The translations under genes were made by a program, and so were the position numbers. A stretch of 64,000 nt of DNA from an uncultured bacterium (GTDB taxonomy: Bacteria; Bacteroidota; Bacteroidia; Bacteroidales; CAIWKO01): the NCBI GenBank assembly GCA_903862465.1, contig CAIOYH010000010.1, positions 18,998-82,997 on the forward strand, in the 5' to 3' direction. This document shows, piece by piece, positions 39,105 through 49,235 of the stretch (position 1 is its first letter; every line of letters begins with the position of its first letter). Below the pieces are notes generated by a model that saw only the letters and a list, made by a program, of their open reading frames with translations, was not told the DNA's origin and did no database searches.

Positions 39105-39330
39105 AAAATAATCACATACGATGTTCAAGTAATTAAGTAGCCTTATAAAATTATTGAATGACGTCAGAAAATAATTGAATGAGATGTAAGCATAAAAAAT
39201 GACGTGTTAAGACAAATAAATACGAAGCAAAAATAATTAAATGATGCTAGAAAATAATTAAGTAGGATGTAAAAATAATGCACTACGATGTAGAACATAA
39301 AAATAGGATGTAAAAATTACTAACTGCTCG
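39105..39330. repeat. Tandem array E: about 11 degenerate AT-rich units, 20-21-bp period (AAAATAATTRAATGAnnTGnn)
   Basis: Examples are aaaattattgaatgacgtcag, aaaataattgaatgagatgta, aaataattaaatgatgctag, aaaataattaagtaggatgt and aaaaataatgcactacgatgt. Weaker periodicity extends to about 39020 and about 39445. Confidence 0.65.
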
Positions 39331-39469
39331 TATTTGAAAGGGAAGACGTGTCAGAAGACAATTATATACGATGTCTTAATAACTGACTACAATGACTTAC
39401 TCTTTAACTCCTATCATTTAATAAGGAAGTCATCGCAGTCAAAAACCGGATAGCAGTAGTGAGTTGTTT

Positions 39470-39616
39470 GATGGCGATGGTTAATCCTTAGATGGCAGGA
39501 GTTAGCTTCTTGATGGCTGTAGTTAACTTCTTGATGGCAGTAGTTACCTTCTTGATGAGATAAGATTGTTGCTTGATGATAGGAGAAGATTATTGGATGG
39601 GGGGATTTTATTTTGG
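39470..39616. repeat. Tandem array F: 7 units, exact 21-bp period, consensus GATGGCAGTAGTTAACTTCTT
   Basis: Units start at 39470, 39491, 39512, 39533, 39554, 39575 and 39596. The array ends 144 bp upstream of the ATG at 39760. Confidence 0.9.
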
Positions 39617-39759
39617 GAGAGGGATAAAGTGAAAGATGAAAAAAAATGTATTTTTTGTTTTTATTTGGGAAATGTTATGTACTTTTGAAGTCTGAAATAG
39701 AAAATCAATTAAAAAAGGGATTACCAATCATTCCTAGCAGAACCTTTAATGTCATTACG

Positions 39760-40950
39760 ATGAAAAAATATATTCTCCTGATAGCTTTATTGTGTGTTAG
39801 TAGTTTATTATCAGCCCAACCCTATAGGCTGAAAGATACAATAGTGGTTTTTAAGCTTAAGTTTGAAACCTCAAACGGGATGATACTAAAATATGTACCG
39901 TATAAAATCCCAAGAAAGCTTAGATGGACTGACAAACAAAACGTGATGCACAGAGGGGTACTCCGAAAAATCAATGTAAGCTATCTGCTGCTTGATACAA
40001 CCCGGGTGTATCCTTCCGATATAAGTGCTCTTGTAATGACGCATTTTCCTGATTCCTGTCATTATACGTACCGAAAAACCAAGCCGGTCATATACGATAG
40101 TAACGGCAGGTTTACCATTATGAGTTATTACGACTTTCGAAATCTCATGAAAACCATATCGTTTTCCAACACACAACACCTTCCGAATCCTTTTTTCAAA
40201 AACATTTCCACCGAAAAATATGTTGCCGATTTGGAAAGGAAAAGACTGCGCAGGATTGAACATTTTGCTGCCCTCGACACCTGCCCCTTGCGCTATGGTT
40301 TAAAAACCAATCTAGTGAGAGACCTCCTCAATGAAATCAATCTGAGTATTGAAATTCCATTAAAACGAAACTTCTGTATTGATGTGGGAGTCGGTATTTT
40401 ATACTCAAGACCTTATACCGAATCCGCAAGCTATGATATGGCTTTTGCCCAATTCAGTTTCTTGAAATCTTCCAATCAATCTTGGTTCGATCATTCTTAT
40501 TATAACCGCAAAGGATTCGGCATAGAAGTTATCCCCAAGTTCTTTATTTCTAAAAAGAAGAATCTGTATATCGGTCCGCAACTTTGCTTTCGCTACTATA
40601 ACTATCATAACAAATGGATTTTTATAAATGATGAACCCGGCGATTATTATTACAGGGCAAATTATGCGTATCAAAGTGAAAAAAGTACAGCCGTTCATCT
40701 TAATATTATGTTTGGTGTGCAAACGCCACCTATAAAAAGATTTTTGTTTGATGCTTTTATCTCCTTTGGATTTATGTATCGGGGTGGAACTGTCAGCAGG
40801 TCAATTGAAAAAACCACAGGTATTAACTATGGTACATACCTTGTAAATTATGATCCACCTCAAGCATTCAAAGGGGGCGGTTTTTCATTATCAGGACAAA
40901 TAGGTTTAAGATTGGGTTTGCGATTTGGGAAGACAAAACTATACAAATGA
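39760..40950 (+). CDS. Hypothetical secreted protein, C-terminal half beta-barrel-like (possible outer membrane protein)
   Basis: Start moved to MKKYILLIALLCVSSLLSAQ (signal peptide). The C-terminus has alternating aromatic/Gly-rich strands and ends ...GLRLGLRFGKTKLYK. Confidence 0.65.
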   Translation: MKKYILLIALLCVSSLLSAQPYRLKDTIVVFKLKFETSNGMILKYVPYKIPRKLRWTDKQNVMHRGVLRKINVSYLLLDTTRVYPSDISALVMTHFPDSCHYTYRKTKPVIYDSNGRFTIMSYYDFRNLMKTISFSNTQHLPNPFFKNISTEKYVADLERKRLRRIEHFAALDTCPLRYGLKTNLVRDLLNEINLSIEIPLKRNFCIDVGVGILYSRPYTESASYDMAFAQFSFLKSSNQSWFDHSYYNRKGFGIEVIPKFFISKKKNLYIGPQLCFRYYNYHNKWIFINDEPGDYYYRANYAYQSEKSTAVHLNIMFGVQTPPIKRFLFDAFISFGFMYRGGTVSRSIEKTTGINYGTYLVNYDPPQAFKGGGFSLSGQIGLRLGLRFGKTKLYK

Positions 40951-40982
40951 GAAAACTACAACAAGTTTGGTAGCAGACTTTG

Positions 40983-41018
40983 CCTCTGTTACCTCTATCC
41001 TTTTAGGCTCTGCCAAAA
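40983..41018 (+). repeat. Dispersed 3'-end element, copy 2
   Basis: cctctgttacctctatccttttaggctctgccaaaa, 33 nt after the stop at 40950. Confidence 0.65.
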
Positions 41019-41240
41019 ACCCCGAAGGGGTAATATTATTATAGAAAAAACAAAATGAAAGAGACAAAACCCCGAAGGGGTGGCATAATATCATCCCTTC
41101 GGGGTTCTTGAAAACCGTTGTGTTCGTATTATAATAATGTCATCCCTTCAGGATTACAAAATCTATTGTTCCAAGCATGCAACTTCGAACCAAGAACAGT
41201 AGTTTGCATCTATATAAAGCTTCACTTAGCTACTATTCTG

Positions 41241-41834
41241 TTAGAATATCCACCGCTTCCTCAATGGCACGATACGCTCCAAGATGGTGAGTCCGTCGCC
41301 TGTAGCGAAGTGGTCTTTGAGGTCCCATTCGGGATGTTGTTCAAGAAATTCGAAGATGGCGGCACGCATGCCCGGGCGACCATCGAAAGGATTTACGAAG
41401 GCGAAAGTTTCGGTGTCGTGCATCAAAATCCAATGGCTTACGCTGCCATGATGGCGTTCGAGTTCTGCTTTTATTTGTCCGTACCAATGGTCGGTATCGA
41501 TAAACAAGAGGTCGGTACGACGAAGTTTGGCTTTGAGGTTGTCTTTTTGGATGAGGCGGAAGGGGATGCCATCGTGTTGGGCGGCTTGTCTGACGTGGCT
41601 GAGGTTGGGATGGATGTTGGCATCGTAGGCAATGAGTTTTTTGCATCCCGAAGCAAGAAAGGCAACGCAGGAACAGCCTGTTTCTATGCCCAAAACGGTG
41701 ATGGTTTTGCATTGCGCGCCATAGTCCATCAGAATGTCGAGATGCGGTCTGATACTTTGGATGTGGAAGCCTTTGGCGCCTTTTTTTACGGTTTCGAAAA
41801 GCTTTTGAAGATGAGATGGGAGAATGACGTCCAT
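41241..41834 (-). CDS. Class I SAM-dependent methyltransferase
   Basis: 197 aa. Motif I-like VLGIETGCSCVAFLASG and acidic LLFIDTDH. The longer antisense ORF 41118-41843 has no motifs and is rejected. Confidence 0.75.
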   Translation of the reverse strand: MDVILPSHLQKLFETVKKGAKGFHIQSIRPHLDILMDYGAQCKTITVLGIETGCSCVAFLASGCKKLIAYDANIHPNLSHVRQAAQHDGIPFRLIQKDNLKAKLRRTDLLFIDTDHWYGQIKAELERHHGSVSHWILMHDTETFAFVNPFDGRPGMRAAIFEFLEQHPEWDLKDHFATGDGLTILERIVPLRKRWIF

Positions 41835-42182
41835 GATTTATAAGGAATTTTTGTGTGCAATGCGTTTGGAGACATAAAGGGATTGGGCGTCTGTAAGTCT
41901 AGTATTTACAGGCATTTTGATTATTTTGGTGGGATGAGAAAGTTTCGCATGAAAGAAAATAATCGAATTTATTGTTCTCGTTTCATTTTTATTTGTAATT
42001 TTACACATCGAAATTGTCGTTTGATTTCACACGTCAAACGTACAGAATATAATTGACCTGACAAAAAGATTTTTGTTTTTTGTGAAATATTTAGGTTGGG
42101 CATAGTGTTGTATAAAGATAATTATTTGCGAAAGCATAGAAATAGAAGTACTCCTTTGGGGGTTTACAAACTGTAAAAGTAA

Positions 42183-43349
42183 ATGGATAAATTGAACACA
42201 TCGGAAAAGAAAAGACTTATAGTGGTTTTGGGGATGCATCGCTGCGGGACAAGCGCCATTACGCGGGGTTTGCAGGTGATGGGCGTTGACCTTGGCGACA
42301 GATTGATGCTTCCTGATGCAGGGAACAACGATAAGGGCTTTTGGGAAGAAATAGATATCAATGAGTTGAATGTTGAGATGCTGCAGGCATTGGATAACGA
42401 TTGGCATCAGCTCTCTTTACTGAAAAAAGAAGACTTTGCAAAACTGAAACGCGATGGTTTCTTCGAACGCGCCGCCGCCCTGCTTCAGCAAAAAACGCTT
42501 CACACGCCTATATTTGGGTTTAAAGATCCGCGCATATCGAAACTTTTAGCGTTTTGGAAAGAAGTTTTTGATGCGGGAAATTATGATGTCAGTTATATTT
42601 TAGCGGTGCGTCATCCGATAAGTGTGGCACTTTCTTTAGCCAATCGGAATGGCATAGATATGGAAAAGAGTCATTTGTTGTGGCTCATTCATGTGATTAA
42701 AAGCTTGTCAGGCATCGAGGGGAATGATTTTGTGGTGGTGGATTATGATAAGCTATTGCAAGATGCGAGTCGTGAACTGAAAAGGATAGCCGATAAGTTT
42801 CGTCTAAAGATAGATATGACAGCCCTCGAAATGTTCCAATCGGAGTTTCTTGACCCAAATTTGCGACATGCCGAGTTTCGTTATGAGGATTTGATGAGTC
42901 ATGAAAGGAGTTCCGATTTCTTGCGGGATGTTTTTGCCAATGTCATGTCGCTGACTTTGGATAATCAATGGGATTTTGTAGAGCTTCCACAGAAAACTGC
43001 GCGATGGGAAGCTGCATTGGAGCATTTGAATTTGTCGTTTATGATGGCTGATAAGGCATTTACCTATATAGACATCGTACATCAGCAATTGGCGGATAAA
43101 GATGTAGAGATTCAGCAGGCGAAGCAGGAAAATGAAGCGGAAGTCGCAAAAAAAAATGAGTCTATACAAAAAGCCAATGAATTAGCAGCGCACATAGATG
43201 TGTTGCAGCAGCAATTGGCAGAGAAAGACCGAATCATTTTGGAAGAAAAAGAAGAAAACTTAAGCCTTCGTAGCTCTAAATCGTGGAGAATAACCAAACC
43301 GCTGCGCTATGTGGATAGGCTTTTGAAGAATAAAAACTCGAAGGGGTAG
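42183..43349 (+). CDS. Sulfotransferase-family protein with C-terminal coiled coil
   Basis: 388 aa. PAPS 5'-phosphosulfate loop-like VVLGMHRCGTSAITRGL, then a coiled coil (QQLADKDVEIQQAKQENE...), ending SSKSWRITKPLRYVDRLL. Confidence 0.75.
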   Translation: MDKLNTSEKKRLIVVLGMHRCGTSAITRGLQVMGVDLGDRLMLPDAGNNDKGFWEEIDINELNVEMLQALDNDWHQLSLLKKEDFAKLKRDGFFERAAALLQQKTLHTPIFGFKDPRISKLLAFWKEVFDAGNYDVSYILAVRHPISVALSLANRNGIDMEKSHLLWLIHVIKSLSGIEGNDFVVVDYDKLLQDASRELKRIADKFRLKIDMTALEMFQSEFLDPNLRHAEFRYEDLMSHERSSDFLRDVFANVMSLTLDNQWDFVELPQKTARWEAALEHLNLSFMMADKAFTYIDIVHQQLADKDVEIQQAKQENEAEVAKKNESIQKANELAAHIDVLQQQLAEKDRIILEEKEENLSLRSSKSWRITKPLRYVDRLLKNKNSKG

Positions 43350-43380
43350 TGAAAGGGCTCTCTTAAAAAAGTTCTAAGGC

Positions 43381-44541
43381 TTACTGCAAAATCGTTTTCT
43401 TACGTCGAATCACATCTGTCAAAGCATGTTGCAGATATTCTTTTGCCATCATAATCATATCAAAATCATGTGGAAATGGCATAGGTCCATTGCCCAAACG
43501 ACGTTGCGTTTCGGGATTCAATGCTTGCAAGTCACCATGAGTGACAAGATACATATTGTTGAAAACGGAGTTGGCAATAATAGGCTCGGATTGTAGCAAT
43601 TGTTTGGTGATATTGTTATAAAAATCAACGCGCCCCGACAACACGGCTTCTTTGTTTTGGGCAATTTCGGCAACATCGCAAGAAATTCGGATGTATTTGG
43701 GCGTTTTGATGTCGTTGCCTGCACTGTCTTTCATCACATTGCCATGATTATCCAACTTATAAATAAAGCCATCTTGAACTTCTTTGGACTCCACCCAATT
43801 TTTCTCTTTCAGCCGTTCGGGCGACACATCTATCACTTTTAAGTTGAGCACTATGGCATAATCATACAGCACATCTTCTTGCTCCTGCGTATCAAACAGC
43901 ACCCATTTGGAATTCATATCATCCAAAGAAACAAACATAAATTCGTTTTCGAAATCCTTAGGCAAGGCGGTGTAAGAATTGTTTTGCATCATAAACAACA
44001 CGTGAGATGTGCCTAAAGCTTTTGCTTTTTGCAACAAATCGTCCACATCTTTATAGTTGGCGTAATAGTTTTTCACGTTGACAAAATCTTCATAAGCATC
44101 GCGGGCTGCCATCTTTTCGTTCTTCGCCAAGAGGGATTTGCCATGCACATAAAAATATTCGCTTGCTTTTTTCTGCGCTTCAATAATAGCGTCGTCGTAA
44201 TTCACCATCTCGAAACCTATGGCAACCAATACCACAGGATTGAGGGTCTTTACGAGATTTTGACGATTCTTCAGTTGGTTATAATTGGAAAACACTTCCG
44301 CCCAAATGTCGGGTTGTCCTGTCTTGCGTAGATAGGCAATGCGGTCGAGGTTTTGTTTTTGGGCTTGGCTAAAAGCAAGCTTCAGAACCGCGATCTCCTT
44401 TTCTTTATCAGGTTTCTTTTGAAGGTGCTTGACGGCTTTGTTGACCGCCATACTATAATCACCTCGTTCCAAAAATGTTTTGGAGGAAGTGCATCCTACC
44501 ATCAAAAGGAGCACTAGCGAGATATAGATTAGTTTTTTCAT
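43381..44541 (-). CDS. Hypothetical lipoprotein
   Basis: 386 aa. Lipobox LLLMVGCTSS. No recognised domain. Confidence 0.65.
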   Translation of the reverse strand: MKKLIYISLVLLLMVGCTSSKTFLERGDYSMAVNKAVKHLQKKPDKEKEIAVLKLAFSQAQKQNLDRIAYLRKTGQPDIWAEVFSNYNQLKNRQNLVKTLNPVVLVAIGFEMVNYDDAIIEAQKKASEYFYVHGKSLLAKNEKMAARDAYEDFVNVKNYYANYKDVDDLLQKAKALGTSHVLFMMQNNSYTALPKDFENEFMFVSLDDMNSKWVLFDTQEQEDVLYDYAIVLNLKVIDVSPERLKEKNWVESKEVQDGFIYKLDNHGNVMKDSAGNDIKTPKYIRISCDVAEIAQNKEAVLSGRVDFYNNITKQLLQSEPIIANSVFNNMYLVTHGDLQALNPETQRRLGNGPMPFPHDFDMIMMAKEYLQHALTDVIRRKKTILQ

Positions 44542-44624
44542 AACAGCAGATATTTAATACTCATCAAAATAATACTATTAATTCACTTCGTGAGATGAAT
44601 CTTCTATAGCAAAAATAAAGCCAA

Positions 44625-45683
44625 TCATGTTCTCTTTACTTTCTTTGGAAATACTAATGATGCTAAAATACTTATTAGCAATATCCCGACTATTATATAA
44701 AGTGACATAGCCGTGGTGAAACCTGCTTCTTTCAGCCATTCGTTAAAGATGAGTTTGAAGCCGATAAAGGTGAGCAAAATGGACAAACCATGCTTCAAAT
44801 AGTGGAACACATTGATGACATTCAACAACACAAAGAATAAAGAACGCAAGCCCATGATGGCAAAAATGTTGGAAAAGAAAACGATGTAAGGGTCAGCGGT
44901 GATGGAAAAAATTGCGGGGACACTGTCGGTGGCAAAAATAATATCCGAAAACTCGATAACCAAAACCACGATAAATAAAGGCGTGAAATAAAACTTCCCT
45001 CGAGGTTTTTTGATGAAAAAATGATTCCCAACAAACTTGGGATACACCCGCAAATATTTGGCAGCAAAGCGCACCACAGGATGCTTGCTCACATCCATTT
45101 TTTCTTCGGATTTATTGCGTTCCACAAACATTTTTATCCCTGTATAAATCAGCAAAGCCCCGAAAAGATAGAGAAACCATGAGAACTGTTGGATGATAGC
45201 CGCACTCCCAAAGATAAATATGAAGCGCATTACCAATGCTCCCAAGATGCCCCAAAACAAGACGCGTTTGTAATACTTTTTTTGTACGCCAAAGGCGAAA
45301 AAGATCATAATCATCACAAACAAATTATCAACGGATAAGGTTTTCTCTATGAGATAACCGGTAATATATTCGAGCGAAAGGTTCTTTTTATAGACTTCGA
45401 GCGCATTTTCATAGGACAAGCCGTCAATCTGTATAGGATGATTGTACTTATCAATTTTGAGTTGAATATCTGCTTTGTTTTTGACGCCGTGTATCCATTC
45501 GCCATGATGCCGAATGAGAAAATAAAAGGAAATAGCAATCAGTATCCATACGATAGACCACAGAAAAGCCTCTTTGAACTTCACCACATGGTTTTCCTTG
45601 CCGATGACTTTTAAATCTAAAAAGAGCATCAGCACCACAAAGATGTTGAAACCGGCAAACATTAATATTTCTGTTAGATTCAC
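44625..45683 (-). CDS. TerC/Alx-family integral membrane protein
   Basis: 352 aa. EKTLSVDNLFVMIMIF and EFSDIIFATDSVPAIF are TerC signatures. Confidence 0.9.
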   Translation of the reverse strand: MNLTEILMFAGFNIFVVLMLFLDLKVIGKENHVVKFKEAFLWSIVWILIAISFYFLIRHHGEWIHGVKNKADIQLKIDKYNHPIQIDGLSYENALEVYKKNLSLEYITGYLIEKTLSVDNLFVMIMIFFAFGVQKKYYKRVLFWGILGALVMRFIFIFGSAAIIQQFSWFLYLFGALLIYTGIKMFVERNKSEEKMDVSKHPVVRFAAKYLRVYPKFVGNHFFIKKPRGKFYFTPLFIVVLVIEFSDIIFATDSVPAIFSITADPYIVFFSNIFAIMGLRSLFFVLLNVINVFHYLKHGLSILLTFIGFKLIFNEWLKEAGFTTAMSLYIIVGILLISILASLVFPKKVKRT

Positions 45684-45719
45684 AGGAGTTTTTTTTGCAA
45701 AGGTACTAAAAAGCGACGA

Positions 45720-46877
45720 TTATTTGAAGGCAATTCGGATGTTGACAATCTCGGGATGATTTCCAATGCGCAGCGGCGGTCCCCAAGTGCCCACTCCGCA
45801 CGAAACATAAAACTGTGTGTCATTGATTTTTCGGTAGCCCCAATCGGGATGATAGATTGCTTGTGTAATCAAATTCAATGGAAACATTTGCCCGTTGTGG
45901 GTGTGTCCCGACAATTGCAAATCAACTCCTGCCGCAGCTGCTTGTTCTAAATTAAACGGTTGATGGTCGAGCAATATAATTGGAAAGGATTTATCCACCG
46001 TGCTCATCAGTTCCTCTAAGTGCTTGCGTTGTTTCCCTGTGAAACGCACCATATCTTTATCGTTGCGACCAACCAACCAAAAAGCACTATCAATCAACAC
46101 TGCCGTGTCGCGCAAGTAGGTAATCTTATGTTTCTCCAAATAAGCAACCGCAGGACCCACGCCTCCAATAAATTCATGATTGCCCGTGATGGCATACACG
46201 CCATACTTAGCCACAATGTTTTCGAGCAATGCGCCGAGATTCTTTTTGATAACGGGTTTGATATTTTCGTCCACCACATCGCCTGCCAACAAAACAATAT
46301 CAGGCTTCAAGATGTTAATTTTCTCAACGATTCTTCCCAATTTGTTCGGACCTATGATGGTTCCTAAATGCAAATCGGATAGCAGCACCACATTTAAAGA
46401 CGTATGATTCTTGACTTTTTTGTTTATGGTGATATCTAGAGTTTTTATTCTGACAATGGATGCGTTTATATATCCATACAGAATCAAAAGCGCGACCAAG
46501 CTAAAAGCACTCACCAAAGTGATGAACTTCGTTTTAGCATAATCCACATAAAACCCTGCCGGCAAGAAATGTATCCAATGATTTGCCAAGCGGATGATAT
46601 CAATAAATAAGATAATGAAAAAGAAATACAACATCGCGGCAAACCAAAAGGAGCCCGACCAATTCAGAATCTCAGTAATGACAGTGTGACCAAAGTTTTC
46701 AGAGATTCGAGCAACAATATAGGCAAGAAAAAAGAAGACAAAAACTCCAATATAATATGGTCGTAAGCCTCGATGAAGCTCCAAACCATGCCAACCTTTG
46801 TAGAAGATATAAAAGTTCACCAAAGAATGAACCGAGAGGACAATAAGCAGGAAAATCAACATACCGAAAGATTTCAT
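45720..46877 (-). CDS. Membrane-anchored metallophosphoesterase (YaeI-like)
   Basis: 385 aa. N-terminal TM segments; LLSDLHLG, GDVVDE, GNHE and GHTH motifs. Confidence 0.88.
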   Translation of the reverse strand: MKSFGMLIFLLIVLSVHSLVNFYIFYKGWHGLELHRGLRPYYIGVFVFFFLAYIVARISENFGHTVITEILNWSGSFWFAAMLYFFFIILFIDIIRLANHWIHFLPAGFYVDYAKTKFITLVSAFSLVALLILYGYINASIVRIKTLDITINKKVKNHTSLNVVLLSDLHLGTIIGPNKLGRIVEKINILKPDIVLLAGDVVDENIKPVIKKNLGALLENIVAKYGVYAITGNHEFIGGVGPAVAYLEKHKITYLRDTAVLIDSAFWLVGRNDKDMVRFTGKQRKHLEELMSTVDKSFPIILLDHQPFNLEQAAAAGVDLQLSGHTHNGQMFPLNLITQAIYHPDWGYRKINDTQFYVSCGVGTWGPPLRIGNHPEIVNIRIAFK

Positions 46878-46895
46878 AAATAAAATACGACTAAA

Positions 46896-47246
46896 TTACA
46901 GCTCAATTTGAACACTCACTTTTTCGAGTTTCCCGCCAAGGGGTGGATTCATTTTCGACACCTTTACACTCAAATGTGTGATTTCAGGAAAACTTTTCTT
47001 CACCGCAATGCCGATCCGCGAAGCGACATGTTCCAACAGTTTGGAGGTAATCGCCATTTCATATTTCACTATGGTATATATTGCCTGATAATTAACCGTG
47101 GTGGAGAGCACGTCAGTAGCTTCAGCTTCAGTAGTGTCGGCGTCGGCAACAACATCCACCAAAAAACGATTGCCAATGATTTGCTCTTCGGCAAAACAAC
47201 CGTGATATGAATAGAATTCCATGTTCTCCAAAAATATTTTCCCCAT
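46896..47246 (-). CDS. folB: Dihydroneopterin aldolase
   Basis: 116 aa. FYSYHGCFAEEQIIGNRFLVDV and VNYQAIY are typical of FolB. Confidence 0.88.
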   Translation of the reverse strand: MGKIFLENMEFYSYHGCFAEEQIIGNRFLVDVVADADTTEAEATDVLSTTVNYQAIYTIVKYEMAITSKLLEHVASRIGIAVKKSFPEITHLSVKVSKMNPPLGGKLEKVSVQIEL

Positions 47247-47361
47247 AAATCATAATTTAAAAAACACAAAAGTACGAATAAAAGCGTTTGAACTTAAGAT
47301 TTCTGCTGCAATACTTTTCGAAATTGTGTGCTTCATATCGTTTAAAACCATTCAAAAATCG

Positions 47362-47369
47362 TATCTTTG
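47362..47369 (+). promoter_or_regulatory. Candidate -7 box TATCTTTG upstream of glnS
   Basis: Matches TAnnTTTG, 24 nt upstream of the ATG at 47393. Confidence 0.4.
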
Positions 47370-47392
47370 CAGCCGTTTAAGAAAACTGAATT

Positions 47393-49096
47393 ATGGAAGA
47401 TTCCAACAAAACAAACAATACAGAGCAAACATCAGGCGAAAGCAAATCGCTGAATTTTATCGAACTAATTATCGAAGAAGACATTCGTACGGAGAAATAC
47501 GGCAAACGGGTACACACGCGTTTCCCTCCCGAACCGAATGGATATTTGCATATTGGTCATGCAAAATCTATTTGTTTGAATTTCGGATTGGCAAAAAAAT
47601 ATGGCGGCAAATGCAATTTGCGTTTCGACGACACCAACCCAACCAAAGAGGATACGGAATATGTGGATTCCATCAAAGAAGATGTGAAATGGCTCGGGTT
47701 CAATTGGGATGGAGAATATTATGCCTCCGATTATTTCGAGACATTGTATGAATATGCGGTTACGTTGATAAAAAAAGGCAAAGCTTATGTATGCGATTTG
47801 ACGCAAGAAGAAATTGCTGCTACGCGGGGAACTGTAACAACGGCAGGCTCTGTAAGTCCGTATGCACAACGAAGTGTGGACGAGAATTTGGATTTGTTTG
47901 TCCGCATGAGAGCCGGTGAATTTGTGGATGGGACTAAAGTGTTACGTGCTCGTATTGATATGGCTTCGCCCAATATGCTGATGCGCGACCCAATCTTGTA
48001 TCGTATTTTGCATGCTGAACATCATCGCACAGGCAATGCTTGGTGCATTTATCCGATGTATGATTTTGCCCATGGACAGTGCGATTCTATTGAACAAATA
48101 ACCCACTCTATCTGCACGCTTGAATTTGAAGTACACCGCCCCTTGTACGAATGGTTTATAAAGGAGTTGGAGATTTATGCGCCACAACAAATAGAATTTG
48201 CGCGACTCAATATCAATTATACGGTGATGAGCAAACGCAAATTGCTTTCCTTGGTTCAAGAAAATGTGGTGAACGGTTGGGACGATCCGCGTATGCCTAC
48301 CATTTGTGGCTTGCGTCGTAGAGGTTATACGCCTGAATCATTACAGAATTTTGCCGAAATCATCAGTGTGGCGAAACGCGACAATGTGATAGATGTGTCG
48401 CTTTTGGAGCATTGCTTGCGTGAAGATTTGAATAAAAAGGCGCAGCGTATCATGGCAGTGTTGCAGCCAATTAAACTCATATTGACGAATTATCCTGAAG
48501 ATAAAGAAGAATTGTTGGACGCGGTGAATAATCCCGAAGACGCTACAACAGGAACCCGCAAAGTACCATTCTCAAGAGAATTGTATATTGACCAAGACGA
48601 TTTCATGGAAATTCCGCAACATAAGTTTTTCCGCTTGTCGCCCGGCAACGAAGTTCGTTTGAAAAGTGCTTATATCATTCGTTGTGTGGATGTGATAAAA
48701 AACACCGACGGCAGCATCAAAGAATTGCATTGCACCTACGATGAAAACACCAAAACGGGCATGCCCGAAAGCAATCGTAAAGTGAAAGGAACCATACATT
48801 GGGTGTCTGCAAAACATGCTGTGGCGTTCGAAGCCCGTTTGTACGACAAATTGTTTCTCCCCGAAAATCCGGAAGTGGTTGCCGAAGGCGAAGATTTTAG
48901 GTCGAATCTCAATCCCGATTCCTTGAAAGTAATTACGGCGTATGCCGAACCTTTTATCAAAAACATGGCAGTGGGGGCTATCGTTCAGTTTGAGCGCACG
49001 GGCTATTTCTGTGTGGATACTGACAGCACTCCCAAGCAATTGGTAATGAACAAAACAGTAGGCTTAAAAGGCTCGTGGCAGAAAACAGGGAAATAA
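47393..49096 (+). CDS. glnS: Glutamine--tRNA ligase
   Basis: 567 aa. [16 protein letters not shown] (HIGH) and VMSKRKL (KMSKS) motifs, with a GlnRS-type C-terminal anticodon-binding region. Confidence 0.96.
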   Translation: MEDSNKTNNTEQTSGESKSLNFIELIIEEDIRTEKYGKRVHTRFPPEPNGYLHIGHAKSICLNFGLAKKYGGKCNLRFDDTNPTKEDTEYVDSIKEDVKWLGFNWDGEYYASDYFETLYEYAVTLIKKGKAYVCDLTQEEIAATRGTVTTAGSVSPYAQRSVDENLDLFVRMRAGEFVDGTKVLRARIDMASPNMLMRDPILYRILHAEHHRTGNAWCIYPMYDFAHGQCDSIEQITHSICTLEFEVHRPLYEWFIKELEIYAPQQIEFARLNINYTVMSKRKLLSLVQENVVNGWDDPRMPTICGLRRRGYTPESLQNFAEIISVAKRDNVIDVSLLEHCLREDLNKKAQRIMAVLQPIKLILTNYPEDKEELLDAVNNPEDATTGTRKVPFSRELYIDQDDFMEIPQHKFFRLSPGNEVRLKSAYIIRCVDVIKNTDGSIKELHCTYDENTKTGMPESNRKVKGTIHWVSAKHAVAFEARLYDKLFLPENPEVVAEGEDFRSNLNPDSLKVITAYAEPFIKNMAVGAIVQFERTGYFCVDTDSTPKQLVMNKTVGLKGSWQKTGK

Positions 49097-49134
49097 ATAA
49101 TTGAGAAATATGTTTTTTATTTCCGAAAGTTTCA

Positions 49135-49142
49135 TAATTTTG
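49135..49142 (+). promoter_or_regulatory. Candidate -7 box TAATTTTG for tRNA-Gln
   Basis: Matches TAnnTTTG and ends 10 nt before tRNA position 1. Confidence 0.4.
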
Positions 49143-49151
49143 CAACCTCAT

Positions 49152-49224
49152 TGTTCCGTGGTGTAACTGGCAACACGTCTGACTCTGAATCAGAAGAGTC
49201 CAGGTTCGACCCCTGGCGGAACAA
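49152..49224 (+). tRNA. tRNA-Gln (anticodon CTG)
   Basis: TGTTCCG-TG-GTGT-AACTGGCA-ACAC-G-TCTGA-CT CTG AA-TCAGA-AGAGT-CCAGG-TTCGACC-CCTGG-CGGAACA-A. All four stems pair. There is no encoded CCA. Confidence 0.9.
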
Positions 49225-49235
49225 CTTCACATATG

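Noticed and set aside
45684-45719. yybP-ykoY (manganese) riboswitch upstream of the TerC-family gene.
   Set aside because: Only 36 nt separate the TerC-family start from the upstream metallophosphoesterase gene. That is far too short for the ~100-nt riboswitch, and no conserved motif is visible.
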